This document shows positions 7,651-17,415 of a stretch of DNA of 64,000 bases, in pieces (position 1 is the stretch's first letter; each line of letters opens with the position of its first letter). Source of the stretch: an uncultured Bacilli bacterium (lineage in GTDB: Bacteria > Bacillota_I > Bacilli_A > RF39 > UBA660); the NCBI GenBank assembly GCA_944358695.1, contig CALVRM010000012.1:11471-75470 (forward strand), in the 5' to 3' direction. The notes under the pieces are model-generated. The model saw nothing but the letters and a program-made list of their open reading frames with translations, had not been told where the DNA came from and searched no databases. Made by a program: the position numbers and the translations under genes.

Positions 7651-9193
7651 AACATTTTACATAACGACCCCAATATTTTATGCCTCAGGCAAACCTCAAA
7701 TAGGCAATGCTTATACTGCTGTTTTAACTGATGCGATTGCTAGATATAAAAAAATAACCGGCTATGATGTTATTTTTCAAACTGGCATGGATGAACACGG
7801 ACAAAAAGTTGAATTAAAAGCTGAAGAACAGAATAAAAAGCCTCAAGAATTTGTCGATGAAATCGTTTTAGAAGTAAAGCGAATATTAGAAACGGTTAAC
7901 GTTGATTATGACCGCTTTATTAGAACAACCAACAATAAACATAAAGACGTGGTTCAAAAAATATTCCAAAAATTATATGACCAAGGAGATATTTATAAAG
8001 GAAAATATGAAGGACTTTATTGTACACCATGTGAATCGTTTTTCACTAAAGCTCAACTTGTAAATGGCAAATGTCCAGATTGTGGAAGGGAAGTACATCA
8101 AACTAGTGAAGAAGCTTATTTTCTAAAACTAAAAAAATATGAAAGCTGGTTAAAACAACATATTTTAAACAATCCTGATTTTATTGTTCCAAGTACTAGA
8201 CGTAACGAAATGCTTAATTTTATTGATAAAGGGTTAGATGATTTATGTGTTTCAAGAACAACTTTTGACTGGGGAATTAAAGTTCCATTTGATGAAAAAC
8301 ATGTTATATATGTTTGGTTAGATGCCCTAACCAACTATATTACTTTTGCTGGTTATCTAACTAACGATGAAGAGTTTAATAAATATTGGCCGGTGAATGT
8401 TCATGTAGTTGGCAAAGATATTTTAAGATTTCATTCAATTTATTGGCCAATTATGTTAAAAGCCCTAAATCTGCCAATTCCTAAGCAAGTATTTGCCCAC
8501 CCATTTTTTGTTGATGCAAAAGGGGAAAAGATGAGTAAATCTAAAGGTAATACTTTATATGCTGATGATTTAGTAAACTATTTTGGAACTGATGCTGTAA
8601 GATATTATTTATTAAGTGAATTGGGAATAGCCCACGATGGGAATATTGGAATTGATTTAATAATCGATAGATACAATTCTGACCTTGCTAACACTTTAGG
8701 TAATTTAGTTAATCGAACTATTACCATGGCGCATAAATACTTTGATGGTGTTGTTTATGAACCTTTAGAAAAAACAAAAGAAGATGAAGAACTTATAAAC
8801 TTAGCCAAAGACTTAAAAAATAAAGTCGAAACTAAAATGAATGAATTAAAAGTATCAGAAGCTATTGATGCCATTTTTGACGTTTACCGAAGAAGTAATA
8901 AATATATTGATGAAACGACACCTTGGATATTGGCCAAAGACAACGAAAAAGAAGAACGGTTAAAAACTGTTATTTACAACTTGTTAGAAGCTATTAGAAC
9001 TGCGACTGTATTTTTACAAGCCTTCTTACCAGAAACAGCTGATGAAATATTTAAACAATTAAATACCCAAAATAGAGCTATTGATTCGGTTGATAATTTC
9101 GACGGTATGGATAGTGGTATTAAATTAAATGAGCCAAAGGTTTTATTTGCCAGAATTGATAAAGAAAAAAAACTCGAAGAAATTAACAATTAA
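7643..9193 (+). CDS. metG: Methionine--tRNA ligase (short form, no C-terminal tRNA-binding domain)
   Basis: Start MNKTFYITTPIFY after SD AAAGGAGGAAG. Class I motifs (KPQIGNAYT region, KMSKS) and a Zn knuckle CTPCE..CPDCG. Confidence 0.95.
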   Translation: MNKTFYITTPIFYASGKPQIGNAYTAVLTDAIARYKKITGYDVIFQTGMDEHGQKVELKAEEQNKKPQEFVDEIVLEVKRILETVNVDYDRFIRTTNNKHKDVVQKIFQKLYDQGDIYKGKYEGLYCTPCESFFTKAQLVNGKCPDCGREVHQTSEEAYFLKLKKYESWLKQHILNNPDFIVPSTRRNEMLNFIDKGLDDLCVSRTTFDWGIKVPFDEKHVIYVWLDALTNYITFAGYLTNDEEFNKYWPVNVHVVGKDILRFHSIYWPIMLKALNLPIPKQVFAHPFFVDAKGEKMSKSKGNTLYADDLVNYFGTDAVRYYLLSELGIAHDGNIGIDLIIDRYNSDLANTLGNLVNRTITMAHKYFDGVVYEPLEKTKEDEELINLAKDLKNKVETKMNELKVSEAIDAIFDVYRRSNKYIDETTPWILAKDNEKEERLKTVIYNLLEAIRTATVFLQAFLPETADEIFKQLNTQNRAIDSVDNFDGMDSGIKLNEPKVLFARIDKEKKLEEINN

Positions 9194-9197
9194 AGTG

Positions 9198-9219
9198 AAA
9201 GCCAATTGGCTTTTTTTGT
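9198..9219 (+). terminator. Intrinsic terminator after metG
   Basis: AAAGCCAATTGGCTTT hairpin followed by T7. Confidence 0.8.
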
Positions 9220-9254
9220 TTAAAGTACCAATTAACATTATATTAAAACAGGAC

Positions 9255-9282
9255 TTGACATCAAAATTAGACATGCTATACT
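9255..9282 (+). promoter_or_regulatory. Sigma-A-type promoter of the AMP-ligase gene
   Basis: TTGACA, 16 nt, TGcTATACT. Confidence 0.5.
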
Positions 9283-9346
9283 ATAAATGTAGTAAATTAG
9301 AATAAAAAGTTGGCTATGGTATTATAACATTGGAGGGGGAATACAA

Positions 9347-11329
9347 ATGAGTATACAAAAAGAAAAAACAGGTTATCCATCAAAGGATAGGAATCATGAA
9401 GATTTCTATGATCCAGAGGTATTATCACGAGAAATACCAGATATGTCATTATATGACTTTCTTCTTTATCAAAATTCAGGACGATTAAATTTACCGGCAA
9501 TAAATTATTTTGATAATAGAATTTCATATCGAAACTTTTTAGACAAAAGTACGCAAGCTGCTTTAGCTTTAGATCATTATGGTGTAAAAGAAGGAGATTA
9601 CGTTACTGTTGTCGCTCCTAGTTTACCAGAAGCATTTTATTTATTGGTAGGAGCAAGTCGAATTGGAGCCGTAGCTAGTTTAGTTGATCCAAGATATGGA
9701 GAAAAAGCCATCGAGCATAAAATCAATAAAGCTGGGTCAGACCTAGTAATTGGTTTTGACGGTGCTGTAAAAACATATAACAGAAGAACAAAAAAATATA
9801 AAAAACAACATGTTTTAGATAAAATAGGAAACATTATTGAAAACACGCCAGCAAAAACCGTTATTGGTTTACCGGCAAGCAACTCAATATCTTTAAATTC
9901 TATTTTAAAAAATGATACGATTAGAGCTGCGATGTTTGACAAACAAAAAAGTGATTTTAAAGATTATTATTCGTGGAAAAAATTTATAAAAGCTGGATCA
10001 CATAGTCGAGGTTTAGTTTTTCCAGATTATACATCTGATATGCCAGTGGCAACTGTATCAACTGGCGGGTCTACAACAGGGTTGCCAAAAAACGTAGTGC
10101 TATCTAGTAAAAATATTATTACGGCTGTAACACAATGTATGTTAACCGGAATTTTTCCAGAAGAAGCACGATGGTATGATATTATGCCAGTTTCAATCGC
10201 TTACGGAATGGCTGACGGTTCTATGTTGCCATTTGCTCTTGGAAACGAAGTTCGATTAAATCCAGATCCAACGGCAATGAGTTTAAAAAATCCTAATCAA
10301 TTACAAATGGTTGAAGACCTTGTAAGATTTGATCCACACACTTTAGCTTGTGCACCAAATCATGTGTTCGCACTTTTAAACAGCCGTGAATGGAAAGAAA
10401 ATCCTCATAGCATGATTAATTTTATTGTTGGTGGAGATTCTTTAAACAAAATGCAATTAGTTCGTGCAAATAAAGAATTGGAAAGCATAAAAAGGCCAAA
10501 AGATTTCGATAAAGAAAGATTTTATGGAGACCAAGAGGATAAACTAGTTATAAATATAGGGTATGGTGAAAGTGAAGGAACCGGTGCCAATAGTGTCGCT
10601 CCCGGAAATCATCGTGTAAAAGTTGGTTCCGTTGGTCAAATTTTACCATTAGAGAATATGGGCGTATTTAAAAAGAACGAAGAAACCGGTGAATATGAAG
10701 AATTAAAATATGTTCCAAACGATCAAGTTGATAATGTAAGTGAAGATCAAATTGGTGAACTATGTGTTCAAGGTGGAAATGTAATGGTTGGTTATCAAAA
10801 CGATGAAGAAGCAACAAACATAGCCAAACAGACACATAGTGATGGTGAAGAATGGCTACATACTGGCGATCTAGGTTATATAGATGAGGACGGTTATGTT
10901 TATTTTGTAGATAGAGAGAAATACGTTAGCGTAGGACATGATGGTTTTAAAATAACCCCACTTGAAATAGAAGATGTTATTTTAAGAGATGGACGTATTG
11001 ATGCTTGTAAGGCTATTGTTTATGATGACCCAGATGAAGATAGGGGTACTGTTATAAAAGTATATTATACTTTATTAAACAAAGATTTGCCTCAAGACAT
11101 TCGTGATATTGAGGAAACTGCCAACTTAATGTGTGAAAGAGAACTTGCTGATTATAAATGCCCACTTGATTATGAATGTTTACCTACTTTACCACTTACT
11201 AACTCTGGAAAGATAGATGTTTTAGCCCTTCGTGAAGATGCCGAAGCTAAGTCAAAAGCCGAAAAAGAAGGCAACCATGTTTATAGTAGGGGGGCTTTAA
11301 TTAGAAATTCTACTACGAAAATGAGTTAA
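9347..11329 (+). CDS. AMP-dependent synthetase/ligase (acyl-CoA synthetase-like, long form)
   Basis: Adenylation motifs STGGSTTGLPKNV, GYGESEGTG, WLHTGDLGYIDEDGYVYFVDREK and C-terminal SGKID. SD GGAGGGGG. Confidence 0.8.
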   Translation: MSIQKEKTGYPSKDRNHEDFYDPEVLSREIPDMSLYDFLLYQNSGRLNLPAINYFDNRISYRNFLDKSTQAALALDHYGVKEGDYVTVVAPSLPEAFYLLVGASRIGAVASLVDPRYGEKAIEHKINKAGSDLVIGFDGAVKTYNRRTKKYKKQHVLDKIGNIIENTPAKTVIGLPASNSISLNSILKNDTIRAAMFDKQKSDFKDYYSWKKFIKAGSHSRGLVFPDYTSDMPVATVSTGGSTTGLPKNVVLSSKNIITAVTQCMLTGIFPEEARWYDIMPVSIAYGMADGSMLPFALGNEVRLNPDPTAMSLKNPNQLQMVEDLVRFDPHTLACAPNHVFALLNSREWKENPHSMINFIVGGDSLNKMQLVRANKELESIKRPKDFDKERFYGDQEDKLVINIGYGESEGTGANSVAPGNHRVKVGSVGQILPLENMGVFKKNEETGEYEELKYVPNDQVDNVSEDQIGELCVQGGNVMVGYQNDEEATNIAKQTHSDGEEWLHTGDLGYIDEDGYVYFVDREKYVSVGHDGFKITPLEIEDVILRDGRIDACKAIVYDDPDEDRGTVIKVYYTLLNKDLPQDIRDIEETANLMCERELADYKCPLDYECLPTLPLTNSGKIDVLALREDAEAKSKAEKEGNHVYSRGALIRNSTTKMS

Positions 11330-11345
11330 AAGCTCATTTTTTTAT
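11319..11345 (+). terminator. Intrinsic terminator overlapping the stop of the AMP-ligase gene
   Basis: AATGAG-ttaaaag-CTCATT followed by a T-run. Confidence 0.7.
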
Positions 11346-11426
11346 TATAATTGTTGTAAAATCTAGTTAATAAATTTACTTATGAAAGTAAGAGTGTTAT
11401 AATGTAAATAATTGGGGAGGTAAAAA

Positions 11427-13262
11427 ATGGTTATAGGTGTTTCAGTAATAAGTTGTTGTTTAATTTACAGTGTCATGTTATTAATTTTGTATTTTTCAAA
11501 AAGGCGAATTGATAATATGGAAAATAAAATATATAGTATATTAGTTATAATTAATGTTTTTGGCTTGTTATTAGAACTAGCTTGCTGCTATTTTACATAT
11601 ACAAATGGAACTACTACCTTTAATACATTAATGTGCATAATTTGTAATAGATTCTTTATAATATATATGTTAACTTGGTTATTTGTTTTTACTTTCTATA
11701 TTTTCTATGTAACTTTTAGCCAACATAAAAAAATAAAAAAAGAGCTTGATAAATATCGTCGCCGATTCATTCTAGTTGCGGGTATTATATATTTAGTTCT
11801 ATTTGTTTTAGCGCTCATCTTGCCACTTGAATATTTTAATGACGGAACTTATGTTTATAGTTATGGCCCAGCGACATCGCTATTAGTCATTTTTGGTGGC
11901 CTTTCAATTATTTTTGATATTTTCTGCGTAATAAAAAATCGAAAAAACATTAGAGATAGACAATATTATCCGCTATTTGTATTAATAGTATTAATGATTA
12001 TTGTATTAATAATTAGAAATGTTAATCCGGGAATAATTTTAATTAATTCTACATTTGCCTTTATAACCGCTTTAATGTTTCATACTATTGAAAATCCTGA
12101 TGCCCAATTAATTGGCGAATTGTATAAAAATAAAAAATTAATTGAAAAGTCAAACGAAGATACTTCTAAATTTTTATTTAGAATTACTCAGGATATTAAA
12201 AACCCCGTGAAACAAATAACCACAATCAGTAGAGAAATGTTTACAAACGGTGATGCCGACTCATTAAAAAACGATGCAAAATTGATAAATAATTATAGTA
12301 ATCAAATTGATTATTTCATTAATAAAGCTTTAAATATTTCTAATATGGATACTCAGAAAATAAAAATCTTTGAAAACAAATATAATGTTAATAATCTATT
12401 CAAAGAAATGAGTTACCGAATAGCTGACAACTTGCCACCAGATATAAAATTCAATTTTACTATAAGTAATAATATTCCCGAATATTTATATGGTGATACG
12501 ATTAAATTAAAACAAGCCTTATCTTCATTACTATATAATGCCTCTATTAATACTAAACAAGGTTTTATTAATTTAGATGTTAGTTCGATAGTTAAATATA
12601 ATGTATGTCGATTAATTATAACCGTAGAAGATTCTGGAAAAGGTATGAATATAGAAGAAGTAAATGATATTTTGAGTAATAATCAAGATAATATGCCTAA
12701 AATAGATCTAGCCAAAGCTGAAAAAAACAATTTAAATTTAAAAACTATTAAAAAATTAATTAATATTTTAGGAGGAAACCTGCTAGTAAAAAGCGAAGAA
12801 AATGTCGGAACCACAGTCATCATAACTTTAGATCAAAAAATCGTTGAAAATGAAGAAACAGAATTATCGAAAAAGTTAGAAAGTTACGAACAAACATTAT
12901 ATGGTGATAAGAGAATTTTGGTTATCGATGACGATGAACGTGAGTTAGCCCAAATAACTTCACTTTTAGAAGCAGATGAAGCAATTGTTAGTTCCTCAGT
13001 ATACGAACGTGATTGTATTGAAAAAGCTCGTGCTAAAGTAAAATATGATTTAATTATTATCGATGACGAAATGCCAAATTATAGCGCACTTGCAGTTTTA
13101 CAAGAATTACAAAAGATAAAAGGTTTTAAAACTCCTGTTGTTGTCATGATTAATGATAATAAAGAAGGAATTAAACTTCATTATTTAAAAGATGGCTTTG
13201 CTGATTGTGTCATGAAGTCAAAATTAGATTCAGAAATTAAAAGAATAATGAAAAGATTTTAA
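11427..13262 (+). CDS. Multi-pass membrane hybrid histidine-kinase-like protein with C-terminal receiver domain (degenerate H-box)
   Basis: About 6-7 TM segments. DHp-like FLFRITQDIKNP (Q where the conserved His is expected). HATPase N-box LLYNASINT and G1 EDSGKGM. Receiver ILVIDDDE...DLIIIDDEMP...CVMKS. Confidence 0.75.
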   Translation: MVIGVSVISCCLIYSVMLLILYFSKRRIDNMENKIYSILVIINVFGLLLELACCYFTYTNGTTTFNTLMCIICNRFFIIYMLTWLFVFTFYIFYVTFSQHKKIKKELDKYRRRFILVAGIIYLVLFVLALILPLEYFNDGTYVYSYGPATSLLVIFGGLSIIFDIFCVIKNRKNIRDRQYYPLFVLIVLMIIVLIIRNVNPGIILINSTFAFITALMFHTIENPDAQLIGELYKNKKLIEKSNEDTSKFLFRITQDIKNPVKQITTISREMFTNGDADSLKNDAKLINNYSNQIDYFINKALNISNMDTQKIKIFENKYNVNNLFKEMSYRIADNLPPDIKFNFTISNNIPEYLYGDTIKLKQALSSLLYNASINTKQGFINLDVSSIVKYNVCRLIITVEDSGKGMNIEEVNDILSNNQDNMPKIDLAKAEKNNLNLKTIKKLINILGGNLLVKSEENVGTTVIITLDQKIVENEETELSKKLESYEQTLYGDKRILVIDDDERELAQITSLLEADEAIVSSSVYERDCIEKARAKVKYDLIIIDDEMPNYSALAVLQELQKIKGFKTPVVVMINDNKEGIKLHYLKDGFADCVMKSKLDSEIKRIMKRF

Positions 13263-13445
13263 AAGTCAAATTATTTTGGCTTTTTTATTGCTAATAAAAG
13301 ATGATAAGCACTTTTTAATCACTTCGTTTGTTTGCCGCAAGTTTACGTAATCGTTGTAAAGTGTAGGAAATTGTCGAAGAGAAATAATTGAAAATATTAC
13401 CATTAAGTGTTATATTTAAATGGGGCTTGTATAGAAGGAGAGACT

Positions 13446-13610
13446 ATGATTACGAAAGATAGGGCAAGTAGTATCATTAGTTTATTATTTGTAATGATAA
13501 TAATAGTATTAATAATTAATTTAATCAGTCAATTCGCATTAATCGATCTTGCTTATTTAATGTTTTTAATTGGTTGCTTTGTAAGGTTCATTTATATTAA
13601 AACACATTAA
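13446..13610 (+). CDS. Small hydrophobic membrane protein (54 aa)
   Basis: ATG 6 nt after SD GAAGGAGAG. Two predicted TM helices. No family assignment. Confidence 0.4.
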   Translation: MITKDRASSIISLLFVMIIIVLIINLISQFALIDLAYLMFLIGCFVRFIYIKTH

Positions 13611-13652
13611 AGATTATATCAATTTGTGGTATAATCTTTTTAGGTGATTTAA

Positions 13653-14411
13653 ATGATGATAGATACCCACTGCCATTTAAGCAGTAAAGATTACGAGAAT
13701 CTAGACGAAGTCATAAAACATATGGAAAATAATATTATGATAGTAAGTACGGCTAGTCCTTGTGATATTGATGAAACCATTAGTCTTTGTAATAAATATC
13801 CTAATGTTTATGGGACAGTCGGGATACATCCAGAATTTGCTGATACATATAATAAAAAAGATTTAGAAAAAATTGAAAATAGCCTAAAACACCCTAAAAT
13901 CGTTGGTATTGGCGAAATTGGCCTAGATTATTATTATAAAAAAGATAACGCCGAAAAGCAAAAAGAATTATTTATTAGACAAATTGAGCTAGCAAATAAA
14001 TACCATAAACCCATAGTTATTCATAGTCGAAGTGCCATAGAAGATACCTACAATATTATAAAAAAGTATAAAAAAACCGGCATTAAATGTGATTTACATT
14101 GTTATAGTGGTAGTTTAGAAATGGCAAAGCGATTTATTTCTTTAAATACCTTTTTAGGAATCGGAGGCGTTTTAACTTTTAAAAACGAAAAAAAATTAAA
14201 AGAGATCGTTAGAGAAATAGATTTAGAATATTTAGTTTTAGAAACTGATAGTCCATATTTAACGCCTGAGCCATTTAGAGGACATAAAAATGAACCATAT
14301 AATATAAAGTTTGTTGCTGAGAAAATATCAGAAATAAAAGGTATAGATTTAGAAGAAATTCTTATAATCACGACCCAAAATGCTTTAACCTTATTTGACA
14401 TCAATATATAG
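13653..14411 (+). CDS. tatD: TatD family metal-dependent hydrolase/DNase (YabD-like)
   Basis: MIDTHCHL, GEIGLDYY, VIHSR and ETDSPYL motifs. Position after metG as in B. subtilis yabD. Confidence 0.9.
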   Translation: MMIDTHCHLSSKDYENLDEVIKHMENNIMIVSTASPCDIDETISLCNKYPNVYGTVGIHPEFADTYNKKDLEKIENSLKHPKIVGIGEIGLDYYYKKDNAEKQKELFIRQIELANKYHKPIVIHSRSAIEDTYNIIKKYKKTGIKCDLHCYSGSLEMAKRFISLNTFLGIGGVLTFKNEKKLKEIVREIDLEYLVLETDSPYLTPEPFRGHKNEPYNIKFVAEKISEIKGIDLEEILIITTQNALTLFDINI

Positions 14412-14457
14412 TTATGTTATAATAGGCGACGGTTTCAATTTTGAGATGGAGGTATTT

Positions 14458-15159
14458 ATGAATACATATTTACTGGGGCTGATTTCAAAATGGATATCAA
14501 TTGTATCCCTTTCAGTCGCAGGATTATTTAATTCTGGATCGCTATTTTCAGAAGAGAAAATCGAAGTTAATAATATAAATCAGACAAAAAATTCGGCCGC
14601 TGGAGTTTCCGAGTTGGCCTATAATACAACAACTATATATAATAGCAAATTACCAAAAAATATAACCATAACTAAAAAAGAAGGACAAAATGGATTAGCG
14701 TACAAGGATGATTCCGATAATACGGTTGAAATTATTGAAAATCCCGTTGACGCAATTGTCGAAATTGGAACTGGAGATTATGGAGAGTTTGTTGGTAAAA
14801 TGACAGGATATGGCGCTGATTGCTCTGGCTGTACTGGTAATTTGTCATGTCGCACCAAATCTGGGAAAACATGGAATTTAGCAAAAGATGGCGAAACCTA
14901 CACAGATGATGAGTTCGGTAAAGTTAGAATTTTAGCTGCTGCTTTGAGCAAATTTCCCTGCGGTACAATTATTAAAGTTCAAAATCCCGGACTAGATACT
15001 TTTAACGCTGTTGTTATGGATACTGGCGGTGCTATGAAAGCTGCTTGGCAAAATGGCATCGTACATATGGATTTAGCATTCATCAGCGAAACAAGCAGTG
15101 GTATTCATTCTGTTACTAATTCAAATGTTAAATATAGTGTACAAAGATGGGGATGGTAG
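14458..15159 (+). CDS. 3D-domain (RlpA/MltA-like barrel) secreted protein, YabE-like
   Basis: Start MNTYLL after SD GGAGG. N-terminal signal/anchor. C-terminal GYGADCSGC...GTIIKV...VVMDTGGA...VHMDL is 3D-domain-like. Synteny tatD-yabE-rsmA. Confidence 0.7.
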   Translation: MNTYLLGLISKWISIVSLSVAGLFNSGSLFSEEKIEVNNINQTKNSAAGVSELAYNTTTIYNSKLPKNITITKKEGQNGLAYKDDSDNTVEIIENPVDAIVEIGTGDYGEFVGKMTGYGADCSGCTGNLSCRTKSGKTWNLAKDGETYTDDEFGKVRILAAALSKFPCGTIIKVQNPGLDTFNAVVMDTGGAMKAAWQNGIVHMDLAFISETSSGIHSVTNSNVKYSVQRWGW

Positions 15160-15170
15160 ATCCCTTTTTT
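15148..15170 (+). terminator. Intrinsic terminator overlapping the yabE-like stop
   Basis: GGGAT-ggtag-ATCCC followed by T6. Confidence 0.55.
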
Positions 15171-15228
15171 GTTGTAGTTTATTGAAGAATAAGTTATAAT
15201 ATATTTAATTAAAGAAGGAATGATAATA

Positions 15229-16050
15229 ATGGACTATTCATCAAAAAAAATGAAAGAAAATCTGCAAAATGAAAAATTCAACTTTAAAAAAAAATTTGGG
15301 CAAAATTTTATTGTGGATAAAAATATTATTCATAATATAGTGACTAAAGCGGATATAGCTAAAGAAACATTAGTTATTGAAATAGGCCCTGGAGCAGGTT
15401 CGCTAACATATGAATTAGGTAAAGCCGCGAAAAATGTTTTAGCTTATGAAATAGATGTAACTTTAAAACCAATTTTAGAAGAAAATATCCAAGCGAATAC
15501 AAAAATAATTTATGATGATTTTTTAAAAAGAGATGTTTCAAATGATCTAAAAGCATATAATTATAAACACCTTTATGTTGTGGCCAACTTACCTTATTAT
15601 ATAACTACCCCGATTATTATTAAATTGATCAATGACAAACTTCCCGTCGACAAAATCGTAGTTATGGTTCAAAAAGAGGTGGGAAATCGTTTTAAAGCAA
15701 AGCCTAATTCTAAGGAATATAATTCACTGTCTATTTTTTTAAATTATTATTTTACTGTAACTAAAATTATGGATGTCAGTCGCAACGTTTTTATACCCAA
15801 GCCTAATGTAGATAGTATTGTCCTTTGTCTTACTAAAAAAGAAAATAAATTACCTTTGAAAAACGAAAAAATTTTCTTTCAATTAATTAAGGATAGCTTC
15901 AAACAAAAAAGAAAAACTTTAAAAAATAATCTTAAAGATTATGATTTAAAAAAAGTCGCCGCCGTCTTGAATAAACATAACATGGATTTAAATATTCGAG
16001 CCGAAGCTATTTCTATTGAACTTTTTGTTGAAATAGCTAATAATTTATAG
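15229..16050 (+). CDS. rsmA: 16S rRNA (adenine1518/1519-N6)-dimethyltransferase
   Basis: KKKFGQNFIVD, EIGPGAGSLT and NLPYYITTPII motifs. Start chosen at the ATG 9 nt after GAAGGA. Confidence 0.92.
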   Translation: MDYSSKKMKENLQNEKFNFKKKFGQNFIVDKNIIHNIVTKADIAKETLVIEIGPGAGSLTYELGKAAKNVLAYEIDVTLKPILEENIQANTKIIYDDFLKRDVSNDLKAYNYKHLYVVANLPYYITTPIIIKLINDKLPVDKIVVMVQKEVGNRFKAKPNSKEYNSLSIFLNYYFTVTKIMDVSRNVFIPKPNVDSIVLCLTKKENKLPLKNEKIFFQLIKDSFKQKRKTLKNNLKDYDLKKVAAVLNKHNMDLNIRAEAISIELFVEIANNL

Positions 16051-16080
16051 TTTTTACTTTTCCATCATATAAATATTTTC

Positions 16081-16116
16081 AATCACCAAAGCATAAAATA
16101 GTTTTGGTGATTTTAT
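16081..16116 (+). terminator. 10-bp hairpin between rsmA and the transporter gene; its 3' arm contains the transporter SD
   Basis: AATCACCAAA (16081-16090) pairs with TTTGGTGATT (16103-16112), followed by TTAT then ATG 16117. Confidence 0.5.
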
Positions 16117-17400
16117 ATGCTTGAAAATATCAACGCCGTGCTCTGGGCCGTAGTAACAGCCTTAATTATTTTCTTTGGCGTTTATTTTAGTAAAAGACTT
16201 ACTTTTCCACAGCTAAATTTCAAAAAAATTATCAAATCACTAAAAAATACCGATTACCAAGGTATCAGTCCATTAAAAACTTTATTTTTAACATTAGCTG
16301 GGAGAATTGGCGTCGGTAGTATTGCCGGTGTAGCTTTAGCTATTTACATAGGCGGTCCAGGAACGATCTTTTGGATGTGGATAATTGCTATCATTTCTGG
16401 AGTTTTAGCATACACTGAAACGTTACTTGCCATTAAATATAAAGTGACTGACGGTAAAGAAAGTTTGGGAGGACCATCTCATTATATAAAAAAAGGATTA
16501 AAAAGCAAACCCTTAGCGATTATTTATTCGTTAATAGTTATTTTTGCTTATTTAAGTGGATTTATACCAATTCAATCTAATACCATTGTTAAATCGATGG
16601 ATATGCTTTTCACCAGTAACCATTTTTTAATAGGTCTAGTTTTAGCTATTTTATCGTTTGTCATTATAAGTGGTGGAATAAAAAAAATAACAAAAGTAAC
16701 GGATAAACTAGTGCCTTTTATGACTATTATATATATATTGATGGCCTTTTTTACCATAGCTACAAATTATGAAAAATTTCCAGAAGTTATTAAATTGATT
16801 ATAACCAGTGCTTTTGAAGTAAAACCGTTTTTAAGTGGCTTTTTAGTTAATATGCTAATTGGCGTTCAAAGAGGAATTTTTTCTAACGAATCGGGGCTTG
16901 GGTTAGGTGCAATTGCGGCTAGTAGCTCTAATAGTACTAACGGAAATAAAAGTGGATATATTCAAGTTTTAGGGATTTATATAACAACGATTCTTATTTG
17001 TACTGCTACCGCTTTTATGATTTTAATTTTTGATTATAAAGATGTTTTTATTAATAATCCTAATGGCATTGAACTAACTAATTTAGCCTTTAATTACCAT
17101 TTTGGGAATATTGGCAATCTTTTGTTAGTCTTATGCATATTACTTTTTTCATTTTCAACTATTTTAACCGGCTACTATTACTGTGAATCCAGTTTAAAAT
17201 TTCTTTCTAAAAAAGTAAATATTAATTTATTAAAAGTAATTGTCCCATTAAGTGTTTTATCTGGAACTGTTACTTCGCCAAGTGTAATTTGGCAGGTAGT
17301 AGATATTTTAGTTGCTATTTTAGCGCTCATTAATATCTATACAATGTATAAATTAAAGGAAGAAATTGTTAAATATCATCAAAAATATGATAGAATATAG
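16117..17400 (+). CDS. Alanine/glycine:cation symporter (AGCS family)
   Basis: GRIGVGSIAGVALAIYIGGPGTIFWMW is the AGCS signature region. About 11 TM segments. Confidence 0.85.
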   Translation: MLENINAVLWAVVTALIIFFGVYFSKRLTFPQLNFKKIIKSLKNTDYQGISPLKTLFLTLAGRIGVGSIAGVALAIYIGGPGTIFWMWIIAIISGVLAYTETLLAIKYKVTDGKESLGGPSHYIKKGLKSKPLAIIYSLIVIFAYLSGFIPIQSNTIVKSMDMLFTSNHFLIGLVLAILSFVIISGGIKKITKVTDKLVPFMTIIYILMAFFTIATNYEKFPEVIKLIITSAFEVKPFLSGFLVNMLIGVQRGIFSNESGLGLGAIAASSSNSTNGNKSGYIQVLGIYITTILICTATAFMILIFDYKDVFINNPNGIELTNLAFNYHFGNIGNLLLVLCILLFSFSTILTGYYYCESSLKFLSKKVNINLLKVIVPLSVLSGTVTSPSVIWQVVDILVAILALINIYTMYKLKEEIVKYHQKYDRI

Positions 17401-17415
17401 CCAGAGGTGTTATAA

